A stretch of DNA of 64,000 nucleotides from Chlorokybus atmophyticus (taxonomy: Eukaryota; Plantae; Mesostigma and Chlorokybus algae), in NCBI GenBank assembly GCA_009103225.1, contig RHPI01000249.1, positions 92,730-156,729 on the forward strand. The letters are read 5' to 3'. Below are positions 23,161 through 34,956 of the stretch, one piece after another (the stretch's first letter is position 1; each line of letters starts with the position of its first letter). Below the pieces are notes generated by a model. That model was not told the origin of the DNA and made no database searches. It saw only the letters and a program-made list of their open reading frames with translations. The translations under genes were made by a program, and so were the position numbers.

Positions 23161-25380
23161 CTGATCAAATGACTTGATTCTGCCAAATGCACAGGCCATC
23201 TTTTGGGTCTGAATTACCTTGTACATGAGACGCAAACAAGCAATGTATTGTACACCGCATTGTCTTTACCCTTACAAGCACTTGATTGGCAGACTTTGCG
23301 CGCACGGTATACATTAAGTGATTGTGCGTTGTGAGGCTTCACTTTTAGTCTACGAATGGTGGTTGCGAGGGATTGACAAATGCAAGACATTTCTTCATCA
23401 CATTTAACAGACGCTTGTGTGGATTCAACTTATGATAGGTCAATTGCAAGGACTCCTTGATATATCAACATATGTTGATCACCAAGTGGTTTTGTAACGA
23501 TATAAGGTTGATCAGCATCAAGTAGTAGTAAACATATTCATTACATAATTGAGATACGCTGAAAATGTGATGACTTTGATGTTTGTAACGCAAGGAACTT
23601 TATTTTGTTGTGCTTTCATCATCAATGTAACAATTTTCAGAGCTGCATTCAATTGGCTCCGAAAGAACAACAAATATATAGATATTATAATATAAACATG
23701 CACAATAATCATATGTGTTGTAACATGATAGATTGCAACAATGTTAATATTTTACACTATGACACAAGCGTATCCTCTATCATTGGATGCCACATGACAT
23801 TGTCTGCAAGGTGTTTCACTATGAAACTACATGTATGAATAAATAAAGCTGTAGTATTACAATATCACTGCTCTTTAAGTCATAACAACCATGCCTTAGC
23901 CCCCAAAGCATTGTCTACCCCACCCCCCCACCCACCCCTTTGCCTGTATTTCACATTGGTAAAGCATCAAACACATTGTGTTGATTTACTATTGCGATGC
24001 AAGTTGTATGTTTACATGTAATTGAAATATATAATGCAACGAGCAATGATTAGTCGCTTGAAAGTAATGGGTCATGTCAAGGTTTAACCGGGTGTTGAAG
24101 TCTGCTATAACAGCTATTGATAACCCATACTTACAAGGCCAAACCGCAATGTTTGCCAAGTATTGTGCATGTAATGGCTATTAAGCGCTTATACCATAGC
24201 GCCACAACGGTAGCATACATATCTCAAGAATTTCTATCAGCTCGTATATTTATAAAAGTCTCATCTACATGTTAGATATTTGTAATGTGATTGTGTGGCT
24301 CCCGTCATCTTAAGCAAAACAAAAGCAAAGTGTGGCTTTTTGGGGGGGTGTAAATGTAACAACAAATTGTGAAGGCATTGCCAGCAAATGAAAAAAGAGG
24401 TAAACTTTGTAGCCGCTACAAAGTTTACCTCTTCAAGGAGCTGACAGCCGGCCCGGCTGAGCCGGGCCTCCTTGAAGCCATCAATCGGAACACTGGAACA
24501 CCACGCGGTGCAGCATTGCGGTTGCGCCAATGACGGTTGCCCCAGGGGTTGCGCCATGTTGCACCGGAGGCCCCTAATTCTGGCGATTGGCGAAATCCGC
24601 ATAAACCGTACCATCAAATGCAGTTTCTAGCGGTAATCTAATGCACATGAGCATTTTCAACATGTTTATGTGCGTGGCCTTTCATACATGAAGATTTACC
24701 GACGTAATACAGTATGAGATGTGTAAGTATACTTACACAACAACTATGCTTGAGGGGTGGGGGGTAAGCACATAAGCACATAAGCAAATGTGATCTGATG
24801 GTTTACTATAGCATCATTAATCAATTTTGACATTACTACATCATCATTAATCAACTTTAAAATTGCAAATAAACGCATTTACCTTTACTTCAACTCATAA
24901 TGCATATCTGTAGTAATTATGAGTTTACAGTTGTTTCTCAGGGCTGTTTTAAGAAGCGCAAATGACGTGCAAGCTGCTGGCTGCAATTATTATGAATGTG
25001 AAACACTGTAAATGGTTTCGCCAGCTTTCGCCACATGCATCACGAGCACTGCACCAATTGCCAGAGCCCTTAGGGTTGCACCGCGTACACTGCATAAAGG
25101 GTCTACCAGTAAGTAAGGGTAAGCTTAGTGATGACACCAGTCATCATGCTGCGTAACAGCAGCCGCTGCTGCTAGCGTCGACGTCATGACGCGCACACAT
25201 GATGACAGGAATTCCCTATACCGAAACGCTGTATGCTTAGAGTAATGCACGGCCCCAGCATGAAGCGGAAAGCCACCCACCGACCGCAGCACCAAGCGGC
25301 GGCGATGGTGCGCACACACGTACGCAGACGCACACACAGCACGCGCGCACACAGGGCGCGCACGCAGGGCTCAGGTCGGC

Positions 25381-26363
25381 ATGCAGTCTCTTCAGGCGCG
25401 GGCCGCCCACATGAGCGGGGTGGCTGCGGAGGACGCCTGCGCCATCGATGATGTGGGGGAAGGCGGCGTGAGCATGTACGACAGGCTGGGGCAGAATGTG
25501 TTCGTCAAGCTCAGCCAGGCCTTCTACGACAGAGTGTATGCAGACGACCAGGTGGGTGTTTGCGCGCATACGCGTGTACATGTGTACTCACAGTGGTATG
25601 CACATTTGCATGTGGCGCAATTTGCTCGCAGCCAACCTACCAAAAATACTGTGCTACTTGCATGCCAGCTTCAGAAAGGTGTTTCAGTGTGTGCTCCTTA
25701 GCTGTTCTGTGTAGAGACAGTACACGTTGCACACACTGAGGGCGTGCGCACTGGAACAGGAGTGGTTCAGGAGCATCTTTGCCAACAGCGCAAAGGAGGT
25801 TGCGGTGCGCAACCAGTACGAGTTCTTCATACAGCGCATGGGCGGCCCCAACCTGTACTCAGAACGAAAAGGTACCCACATGCATGCTTAAGCTTAACAC
25901 GAGATAATGAAACACCACCACCAGCATCATCACCAGCATTACGTCACACACAAGCGTGCTTAACACATGATCTGTGGCACAAAGCCAACAACAACAAGAT
26001 CACGGTCATGACTGACTACGATCATGCAGGGCATCCTGCGTTGATTGGGCGTCATGGCCCGTACGCTGTGACTGAGGCGGCCGCAGAGAGGTGGTTGCAC
26101 CACATGCAGGCTGCGCTCAAGTTGGTGCCGGAGATTGACGCCAACTCTAACAAGATAATGATGGACTACTTCAGGTACAAATTGTTGGTTACTCTACCCA
26201 TCTGTTACTGTAACAAGCTGTAATTGCTTCCGAGTTGTCTTGAAGATCTTTTTTTGTGTGATGGTTGGTCAGGCACACGGCATATTTTCTCGTGGTGGGC
26301 AAAGAGCTTGTGAACCGGCAGCGGCTGGTTGGTTATGGTGGGCGTCATAGAGGTGGTGCATAG
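25381..26363 (+). CDS. GLB3: Truncated (2-on-2) haemoglobin, plant GLB3/group II type, 4 exons
   Basis: [14 protein letters not shown]..., [10 protein letters not shown]|[27 protein letters not shown]|[26 protein letters not shown]|[15 protein letters not shown]. Confidence 0.92.
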
Positions 26364-26909
26364 TGGTGATGCTGCAGATGGGTTGTAGCGATTGGTATGG
26401 GGCCGTACACGCCTAGTGCGTGGGTGACACATTGTCACTCACGGTTGTGCGGAACTTGTTAGCTTAATTAATGTACAGTAAGTTTATGGGTTGTCAGCCT
26501 GAGTGATATGGTGCGATGTCATCCTTCTCACAAACTCTCTCCACACCAACACTTGCACATGGGAGGTCTGACGCCCAAGGGTATTAGATTGTGCCTTTAC
26601 TTGTTACCGTATCAAGGCTGTCTTCTGTATTTCCTCTGCTCCATCTTTCTGCTCAGCTCGTTATGCATTCACACGGGCAGCTTTGTATACTTGTGGAGCC
26701 AAGTGCCAAGTGCATTGGTGCGCATCTACCGTACCCATTGTGTTGGCTTGCGCATGGAAAATGTGTTGTCTATTTGCATTGCTATTGAGTAATTTGGTGT
26801 TGTAGCAATACCTCCAAATCATGGGAATTACTACTTGTACTAATCTTGCACTACTGTTACAACAAACGCACATTTGAAGCCCGTGCAATGATAGTGCTGG
26901 GGAAGGCAG

Positions 26910-27248
26910 ATGGTGGGGGTTGCAAGATTTGTTGCGCTTGTCAATGTTGTCGTTGTTGTCGCTGTCATTGCTGTTGTCATCAGCTCCACCCGTAAACCCT
27001 CATTTTCTCACCACCGATCTCATCTCCTCTTTTCTCGGAGAAGAGCGGAGTCTCATGCCGCAATTGAGGAGTATAGCCTCGACAAGAGCATGCGGCTGAG
27101 CAGCGGAAGTGGCGGAAGTACCACGACCACTACGACTAGTAGTAACCCCGCTTACTCGTTACTGCCACTAGCTATGAAGACACACGGGTGGTTGGGAGAT
27201 CCGTTCATGCAGCTGCTCACGGATTGTACGCGCCGAGTGGTAGTGTAG
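26910..27248 (+). CDS. Possible first exon or fragment of a type II membrane protein, truncated near the TE block
   Basis: N-terminal hydrophobic stretch (FVALVNVVVVVAVIAVVISS) followed by a Ser/Thr-rich stem. No family recognised. Confidence 0.3.
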   Translation: MVGVARFVALVNVVVVVAVIAVVISSTRKPSFSHHRSHLLFSRRRAESHAAIEEYSLDKSMRLSSGSGGSTTTTTTSSNPAYSLLPLAMKTHGWLGDPFMQLLTDCTRRVVV

Positions 27249-27499
27249 CTAGGAGGCATCGAGGCGTGATACATGGTCTACTTTGTGGCTTTGTATTACA
27301 AGCAAGTGCCCGCGACACTATAGCACTTGCAGACAACAGCGATGTTGACGTCAGTCGACGCTCGTCACCGTGGCCATCCGCCTCACCCGGAGACGCGAGG
27401 ATGACATCGTCTACACGACAACTATAACCGATATTGCTGCTCTGATGATATTGTGATGTGGTGTGCATGTGGTGCTTATGCGCGTGAGTAGGTGTCCAC

Positions 27500-28092
27500 A
27501 TGCACCGTTCTTTGACACTTGAATATTAACTAGTAGGTATCATGTACTACGAGTTAATGAACCCATGCGTTTTCATGTAATACACTTCGTTCATTCAATT
27601 GCGTTAGTCCCATGGCCGTTGCTCATATGTCTGGCATTGCATTGAAATTTGATCGCTCAGCACATACTACATTGTCATATTTGTCACGCCTATAAGGCGC
27701 GCAAAAGTCATTCCCTGTACCTTACTTATGTGAGTTGGAAGGGACTGGTGGGTTTTCCATGTTATAAGCGAATGTAGTGCTTGTGGGTGTGCTTTGGGTA
27801 TGCGGTCCGCTCTTGAGCCTATGCGGCCTTGAGTAACGATGTTTTGGGTCGAGGAGAGTCGAGGGTCGCATTGCCTCGTGCCGCTGGAAGGAAATGCATG
27901 CTTGCTGGACATGCTATTGCAGCATGCTGTAGCAAGTTCGGTGGTGTCAGCAAAAGCAAAAAGATCATCCAGCTCTTGTAACAGCAGGTGCTTCCTGGAG
28001 CATGTCCGCTGATGTGGAGTGGTGCGGACATGTGGAGCGAATCCCCTCCTTAGTATACATGATGTGCTGTAGGACACACAATCAACAAGCCA
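27500..28092 (-). repeat. Putative 3' LTR of the Gypsy element (left boundary uncertain)
   Basis: On the minus strand a purine run (..GAGGCTCAGGGGGGG) is followed directly by TG at 28092, just downstream of the integrase-PHD stop. No second LTR copy was found in the window. Confidence 0.35.
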
Positions 28093-28137
28093 CCCCCCCT
28101 GAGCCTCTAGGGAGGTTCCAGCTCCAGAGCTCAGTGT

Positions 28138-29061
28138 TTAGCGCGAATGTGGTGGGCAATTGGCACGGTAGTTATCACACCAGTATTCCTCCATGGGTAC
28201 CGCATCCAGTGGGGGCTCTAGACAGTAGCAATGCAGGCCCTTATTGCAGCCATTGCGGAGCATTATGAGCGGGTCGTCGTTAGCGCTGCCGCAGCCCTCG
28301 CAACGCGTGCTGCGGGCGGGGCGAGGCTGATTGATGCGCAAGAACCCTGCTACATAATGGAGGTGACACGGCGCGCAGGTCACCATGTTGTCCTTCAACC
28401 TCTTGCCGGGCGAGGAGATCCAGTACCCCTGTGGGGTACACGTTAAGCACCTTGTAGACAGTGCGGCCAACGGAGGTATAAGGCGTGTCCTTGGTGGCCT
28501 CCATTCGGTAGGCAAAATCTCCTGCTTGAAATCGGCATTGGCGCTCCTTGTAGAAGCCACTGCGCACGCGCTTATAGCGTAGCGTGTCGCGGTACTGCGC
28601 GATGCGCAAGTTGTTGAAGGCCATAGGGACTGTGCGCTCAAATAGTGCTGCGCACGTGAAAATGTCATGGTGCATCCAGTCGGGGTCGACGAGGTTGTTC
28701 ACCACGCGATCCACCTCCTGCTGTGCACGGAAAGGAAGCAGCAGCGGTCGCCTGAACAGTAGATAGTATTGGGGCTGTACTCGCGCAGAGCTGCCTGCCT
28801 TGATAGTCAGTATCCAAAAGCCACCCATGGGAGGTGGTCACTCAAGGTATTCTTCTCGTACTCCAGCACATACTTGCAAAGTGCCTTCTTGATGGTTTGC
28901 ACCGTGCGCTCGGCGAGACCGTCAGCTTGGGGGTGGTCAAGCGAGGTACGGCGATGGTCGATGTAGCACTTGTTCAAGAGAGTGTCGAACTCCCCTCTGA
29001 ACTCTGTGCCTTTGTCAGTGATGACCTCTGCGCAGCTACCAAACCGGCTGATGACATCATG
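28138..29061 (-). pseudogene. Ty3/Gypsy integrase C-terminal half fused to a PHD finger (frameshifted, stop codons)
   Basis: HDVISRFGSCAEVITDKGTEFRGEF...HPQADGLAERTVQTIKKAL (second D and the E of the DDE triad). The C-terminus reads CEGCGSANDDPLIML.NGCNKGLHCYCLEPPLDAVPMEEYWCD, a partly decayed PHD. Confidence 0.9.
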
Positions 29062-29141
29062 GTGACCATCCTGTACACAGCATTAAGGGGTTTTGGTTCA
29101 ATTTACTTCCTCAGCGGGTTACTTTTCGTTCTAAAGTTGAT

Positions 29142-30160
29142 ATGATTTCTTTATACAACCAATCACGCACTTACTATGAAGAATGTGTGTTGCGGGGTTT
29201 CATTAACAACACAAACTGCAGTTTGTTGACACGTGTCACGCGCTATGCCGAATGTCATCTATACAATGATGTTAAGATTCACCATATGATGAACGCCATG
29301 AGGCAGACCACTAATAATGCTATTGATGCCTTGTCTATGGCTGCAGCTGGTCCGACAGACAGCGAAACTGCACCAGAACCTACCACGCAGTATCCAACAG
29401 CAACATCATCCAATCCTGCATCTCCAGCTTCAACTGTGACAACGGACTCAGATGTATCAGCGCCGATGTTTCAAGGTACTTTGAATGTTGAGTAGTTTGC
29501 GTTGTTGAACGATCCCAGCCAGCAAGACAAACCGCAAGTAATGACATTGCAGCACCGGTTGGTCTACATGTTATATCTGGTTGTCCAGGAGTAGGCAAAA
29601 CACTTTGGCCAAATTCATCACTCACAATTTGCGCGTGGCTGGAATACCTGTTCTACTCAGTGCTACAACTGGCGCTGCGGCTCTGCGGCTCTGCGGCTCA
29701 TCTGCTTCAACTGTACATTCCGACTTCGCAATACCTGTCAACGGTCAGCAACTGCGGTTTATAACTGCTATGGATGATGCTTACAAACTGTTCCATCATT
29801 GTCGAGTGTTTATTATTGACGAGTTTTCCATGATGACATCGCGAATGTTTGACTTGGTAATGCTGCACTTACAGCAAGTTCATGGACCAAATTTCTAGAA
29901 ATCGGCGTTGTATTGGTGACCACAAGCAACTGCCAGTAGTTTGTGGACACAAAGTCCAAGACACATCGCAGGTTTGCCACAAATGCTATATTTCTGCATC
30001 ACAGAGGTGGCCATTACGTAGGCAACATTTTCTTTCTGTTTCAGTGCGTCATGCTTCAGACCCTCGATTTGCTCAATTCTTGATTCAGATTCGTTCTGGC
30101 ATACCCAGTTCAACAGAGATAGCAAATGCGTTAGATGGCTGTCTGGTCACTTCGGAGTAA
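29142..30160 (+). pseudogene. PIF1-family helicase remnant (Helitron-like)
   Basis: Motifs in order: LSATTGAAA (Ia), STVHSDF, FIIDEFSM (II), IGDHKQLPVV (III), VRHASDPRFAQFL (IV). Broken by stops and frameshifts. Confidence 0.8.
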
Positions 30161-30169
30161 GGCACTGCG

Positions 30170-30356
30170 GCGTACCTACCCACTCCAGACCAGCAGCAAG
30201 GTAGAGGAGTTGAGACGCTTTCGATGGAAGCCCAACGAGGACCCTCTCCGGCTGTATTCGCGGCTGGAAGGACTACTGAAGGACACTGATTACAAATCGT
30301 TAATGGAGAGGCAGCCGCAGTGGTGTACGTGGCTGAGTTGGACCCCACTTGAGTGA
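30170..30356 (+). pseudogene. Retrotransposon gag-like fragment
   Basis: YPLQTSSKVEELRRFRWKPNEDPLRLYSRLEGLL resembles the retrotransposon gag core (..L..Q...E....Y..RF). It has the same orientation as the downstream pol. Confidence 0.5.
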
Positions 30357-30399
30357 GTCGACGCGTTTAACGCTGAACTACAGTAAAACAAAAAAAGAA

Positions 30400-31557
30400 A
30401 TAAGTTACAATGTAATATATTGAGCTACTACTACTGCTAGTACAACTAGACTACCACTACTGCTACCATTACCACTACTGCTACTACTACCTTAGGTACT
30501 GCTGCTAGTACTACCCTTGTACTGAGCTGCGGCGCCTGCACCGCCCGCTCCAGCTCCGCCCCCGCCGTTCCTTCTCCGCCGCCGCTGCCGCCGCCTGGCC
30601 TGGTCTGACCTAGCTTGGCCTGGTCTGGCCTAGCCTGGCCTGGCCTGGCCGCCCTAAGGCAAGAAGGGTGGTTAGATGGCATGCGGTGTTGCGCGTGGTA
30701 CAACGCCAGACATCAACTAAGCTCACCTACTGTTAGCCGTTGCCGCCGCCGCCGCCGCCCACAACGCTCTGTTCAACTTGAAGCCGTTGAGCGTTTGAAT
30801 AACTTGAGCAGCCCAAGTTATGCAAACGCGTTGTCGAAACGTGACTCGCAACGGCATTATCGTATTATTACAATGGTACAAAAGTACCATTGTCGCAATG
30901 GCACTATCGTACCATCAGTATGGTACGATAGTGTCATTGCAACAATGGCATTGTTCGTACCATTGACATAGTATGGCGGCTGCATTGTATCAGTGTCTTG
31001 ACTTGCCGGCCGGTACCACCGTCCCGACTTGCCGACCTTTTGGGACCGGCGGTCACTTGCTTATCATACTTGACACATAATAAGTAGGTCGCCGCCGCGT
31101 TAAGTGCACGACCGGCGATCGGCCGTCACTTAATAAACGCGGTAAGGTCACCTGATAGGGACCAACGGTGACTGGCTTGCCAAAGTAGGCAGGCCGTCGC
31201 GCATACTTTTCGACGGTCAGGGTACGACCGACGGTCGGCTGTCACTATATGTGATCAAATCGTGACTTATCTTCTATACAGAAAGGTTGCCATTGCGCAA
31301 ATGGGATGACCGACAATTGGTTACCGTTACCGCTACCGTTACCGTTACCTTAAAGTGCGGTGTTGCCGTCACAGGCAGGCCGCCGTCGATTGTACTTATC
31401 GGTCGACCGCTTGCCGTTGATGTACGTTGCTTGATAGTAACGGCCGTCCTAAAAAGTCCCTTCATGGACCAATCCATTACGTCAGGTAGGGTCATGCAGG
31501 GTCAGGCACCCGTCAGTCCCTCAATCCCTTGTCAGTCACCGTGTAAAATTTGCGACG
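30400..31557 (+). mobile_element. Left-truncated copy of a hairpin-rich non-autonomous DNA element (homologous to 34957-36534)
   Basis: Colinear with ~35400-36534: CTA/CTG triplet tract, GCCTG/GCCTA pentamer array, ATGGTAC hairpins and an identical terminus AGTCACCGTGTAAAATTTGCGACG. Confidence 0.75.
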
Positions 31558-31569
31558 TCTTTCTGTTCT

Positions 31570-34500
31570 AGCCGCTGATCACATCGCGCTTCTACCACTA
31601 TGAAGGACACGGCACGGTGGAAGACTATGATATGAAAGCCACCGGAGTCGTGGAGTTCCATACATTTCGACAGCAGCAAGGCATCACACTGATAGAACTG
31701 TTCCGAGGCCTCGGCAGTGGTCTCGCTGCAGTTGTCATTACAGGTGTCAAAGTCACCAAGCATTACCATTGCGACCCTAACCCGCGCGCTCAAACAGCCC
31801 TCAAGCACCATTTGCGTCAGCTGCACGAGCGCTATCTACAGCAACTGCCTTCGTCAAAACTGCTAGGCAGCCTCAAGGCATTGCCACAAGACATCCCACT
31901 GATCGCAGAGGACCACCTATTGTCCCTCAGCAACATCGACTTGTTGCTAGATGGATGGGAGTGCGAGAGACACTCCAGGGCCAAAAAAAGTGAAGGCCTT
32001 GACGACCCTCGCTCAGGTTTGTTTTGGAAGTTGATGAGTCATCCACCTCCTCCGACAGCACCAGAACTTCAGGCCACTAGGTACGTCATCGAGAACGCGC
32101 ACTCAGAGGACGATCAGCGTCCCCATGTAGCCTCCACCTACCGGCAGGTGTGCTCCATTCTTGGGCATTCACTCAGAATGAACGCAGCGCGCCATGTCTC
32201 CCAAGCACATCGCGTCCGCACCAAGTGGACAAACTTGGCCACCACACAAGAGCTGATGACAGCAGAATACACGCGGAGTACACGGCCACGCAACCTCTTG
32301 GTCGATAACATCCTCGGCTCAGACCGTAGAGCTCAACCTGTCACACGTCTTGACCACAGCAGCTTCTACCAATGCAACTAACATGGCCAACCGCGCCGCG
32401 CACTTCCCACGTCGATGTCCTACCCAAGGTCCATTGCCCTCCGCAACGGGGGCAATAGCATACTGTTCGACACCACAACGGGCAAGCTGGAAGAATCCAA
32501 AGCACGTGAGCGCGAACGCGCCATGGGGTTCTTTCCCAACAGTATCACAGGGTCCCCACTGACCGATAGTCAGCACTGTCAGCTGCTTGGCCGCGCCATG
32601 GACCAAAATAAACACCTGGCTAGGGGGTGGGCTGATCGCGATGCAAACATTAAGGCAGCTCACACAGCCCTCGAGGTGGTTCACATGGAGGAGCAAGCAG
32701 CAGTGATAGTGGAAAACATTCCCGTGGACGCCAACTCAACGTCTTGGGACCACGCCATTGGCCCCCTTGCCACGGAACACACAAAAAAGAAGCTGAAGGC
32801 TCTCCTCAACAAGTCGAGGAGCCAATTCAACTTTAAAATAATGGAGCTAAGTACATGTTCAGTGTACCAAATGGACATCGAGCTGGTGGACACTAAGCCG
32901 GTGTTTCGAGGGCAATATACGCTCTCCAAGCTAAAGGAGGATTTGTTGGAACAGTGATGTAAGGCGCTGCTGGATGCAAGCCTTATTGAGGAGTCCACGT
33001 CAGACTTTACAGCCGCAACCGTCATGCCACTGAAGAAAGATTCGGCAGGCAACTGGACAGAACGGCGCATGTGCGGCGACTACCGTCCCCTCAACAACAA
33101 GACCAAACAAGACAGGTACCCAATGCCCACAATAGAGGGCATCTTTGACAATGTAGGAAACTGCACAATCTTCAACATTCTCGACATGCGCCAAGGGTAC
33201 AACCAAATCGCCATCAAGGACGAGGACAAGCACAAGACTTCCTTCTAGGGCAACCGACAGTTGACCAGTGGAAGGTGATGCCGTTTGGGCTGAAGAATGC
33301 CTCCGCCAAGCTCTAGCGCGTAATGGACAAAGCCTTGAAGGGGCTGGACTTCGCGCGGTGCTACATCAGCGACATCCTCATCTTCAGTTGCAGTAATGAA
33401 GAGCACCTACAGCACATCGAGGAGGTGCTGAAAAGGCCTAAAGGAGTGGGGATGACTGTGCACCCTGACAAGTGCACCTTTCTCACTCACAAGGTACCCT
33501 ATTTGAGACACATGATTGTGCCCCACGGTGTGTACGTACAGCAGGCAAAGGTGGAGGCGCTGGCAGGTACCCCTGCTCCATCAGATCTCACGAGCCTGCG
33601 CGCCTTCTTGGGCCTTGCCAACTACTATTGCCGGTTCGTGAAGGACTTCGCAAAGATAGCGCGACCCCTCAACGAGCTACCGAAAAAGAAGTAGAGTTTT
33701 TGTGGAAGGAGCCGCAGCAGCGGGCCTTCAAGGAGCTGAAAAGCAGGCTCACCACAGCACCCATCCTTCAACGCTTTGACTACACCAAGCGTTTCATCCT
33801 TCACACCCAATGGAGCAAGCTCGAGTTGGGAGCTGTGCTGGTGCAGCACGGTGAGAACAAGAAGGAGCGGGTGGTGTTGTACGCCAGCCGGAGCAACAAC
33901 AGCGCCGAGACCAACTACAGCAGCTACGAGAGTAAGTATCTCGCTGCGCTGTGTGGGGTATCTCCCTTTTCCGACCCTTCCTTTTCGGACGACAATTTCA
34001 GTTGATCACCAATCATCAGCCACTCAATTGATTGATGACAACTAACATTTGGCAGGGAAACTTGCCCGTTGGGCTCTGCTACTGCAGGAGTAAAACTTTA
34101 AGATTGACCACCGTGCTGGCCTCACCAACCAAAGCGCCGATGGACTCAGTCGCAATCCCCACCTAAACACCAACGATCCAACTGGAGCTCTGCATGAGCT
34201 CGGCCCTGCATCATCAGCTCCAACCGTGGCTGCCATGTTTGCTGTCGCCGCCTTGCACTCAAGGCGCAACACCGACGCCGGTGCCTCAGCAACAACTGAA
34301 GAGGTACCTGCCTTTCAGCCCACCAGCTCCACGACCACCACACCCGCAGGGAGCACTTGCGGTGGCGACATCGAGGTTGATGTCACAGAGCTGGCACTCA
34401 TCGACACCAGGCAGGACATATAGCTGGACAAGCCATCCCTCTCTTTCCTTCAAAGTGGTCAACTTCCCTCCAATATGAGGGCGCGTGAGAAGGACGGCGT

Positions 34501-34947
34501 CAACCAACGCACCTAGCACTACCGCTGGGCGGATGATAAATTGTATTGCCTCCATGGTGAAGACAAGGAGGTGCCGAAACCGGCCACACGCGAAGGCATC
34601 ATCACCGCCCTCCACACTGAGCTTGCACACTTCGGTGTCAAGCGCACAGTCAGCCTTGTGAGGGCATTATATTGGTGGCATGGTTGTACAAGCAAGTGCA
34701 GGAGTTTGAAAGTCAACATTAATTGGGGACGTGGTGCGCGCCGGCCTCAACACACGCAGCGCCACATTACACCCTCTTCCCATCTTCAGCCTTTTTCTAT
34801 CGATGGGGACTTAATATCTAAGGGGACTTAGCACCCTCGGCACGCGGCAACCGTTACATTCAAGTGATGATCGAGCATTTTTCAGGTGGGTGGAGCTGGT
34901 GCCACTACCCGACAAGAGCAGTACGGGGGTGGCTCAAGCCTTCCGTC
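31570..34947 (+). mobile_element. Decayed Ty3/Gypsy pol: C5 DNA methyltransferase - RT - RNase H - integrase N-terminal half
   Basis: RT motifs RMCGDYRPLN, DRYPMP, LDMRQGYNQI, MPFGLKNA and YISD (decayed YIDD). RNase H: FILHTQWSK..LGAVL..YASRS. Integrase: LHTELAHFGVKRT and MIEHFS.WVELVPLPDK. Multiple stops and frameshifts. Confidence 0.93.
31617..32600 (+). pseudogene. Retrotransposon-borne cytosine-5 DNA methyltransferase domain
   Basis: Motif I IELFRGLGSG, motif IV DGWECERHSRA (catalytic Cys retained), GLDDPRSGLF, motif VI YVIENA, motif VIII AHRVRTKWTN, and motifs IX-X RERERAMGF..LLGRAMD after a frameshift near 32380. Confidence 0.9.
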
Positions 34948-34956
34948 CTCTTTTAT

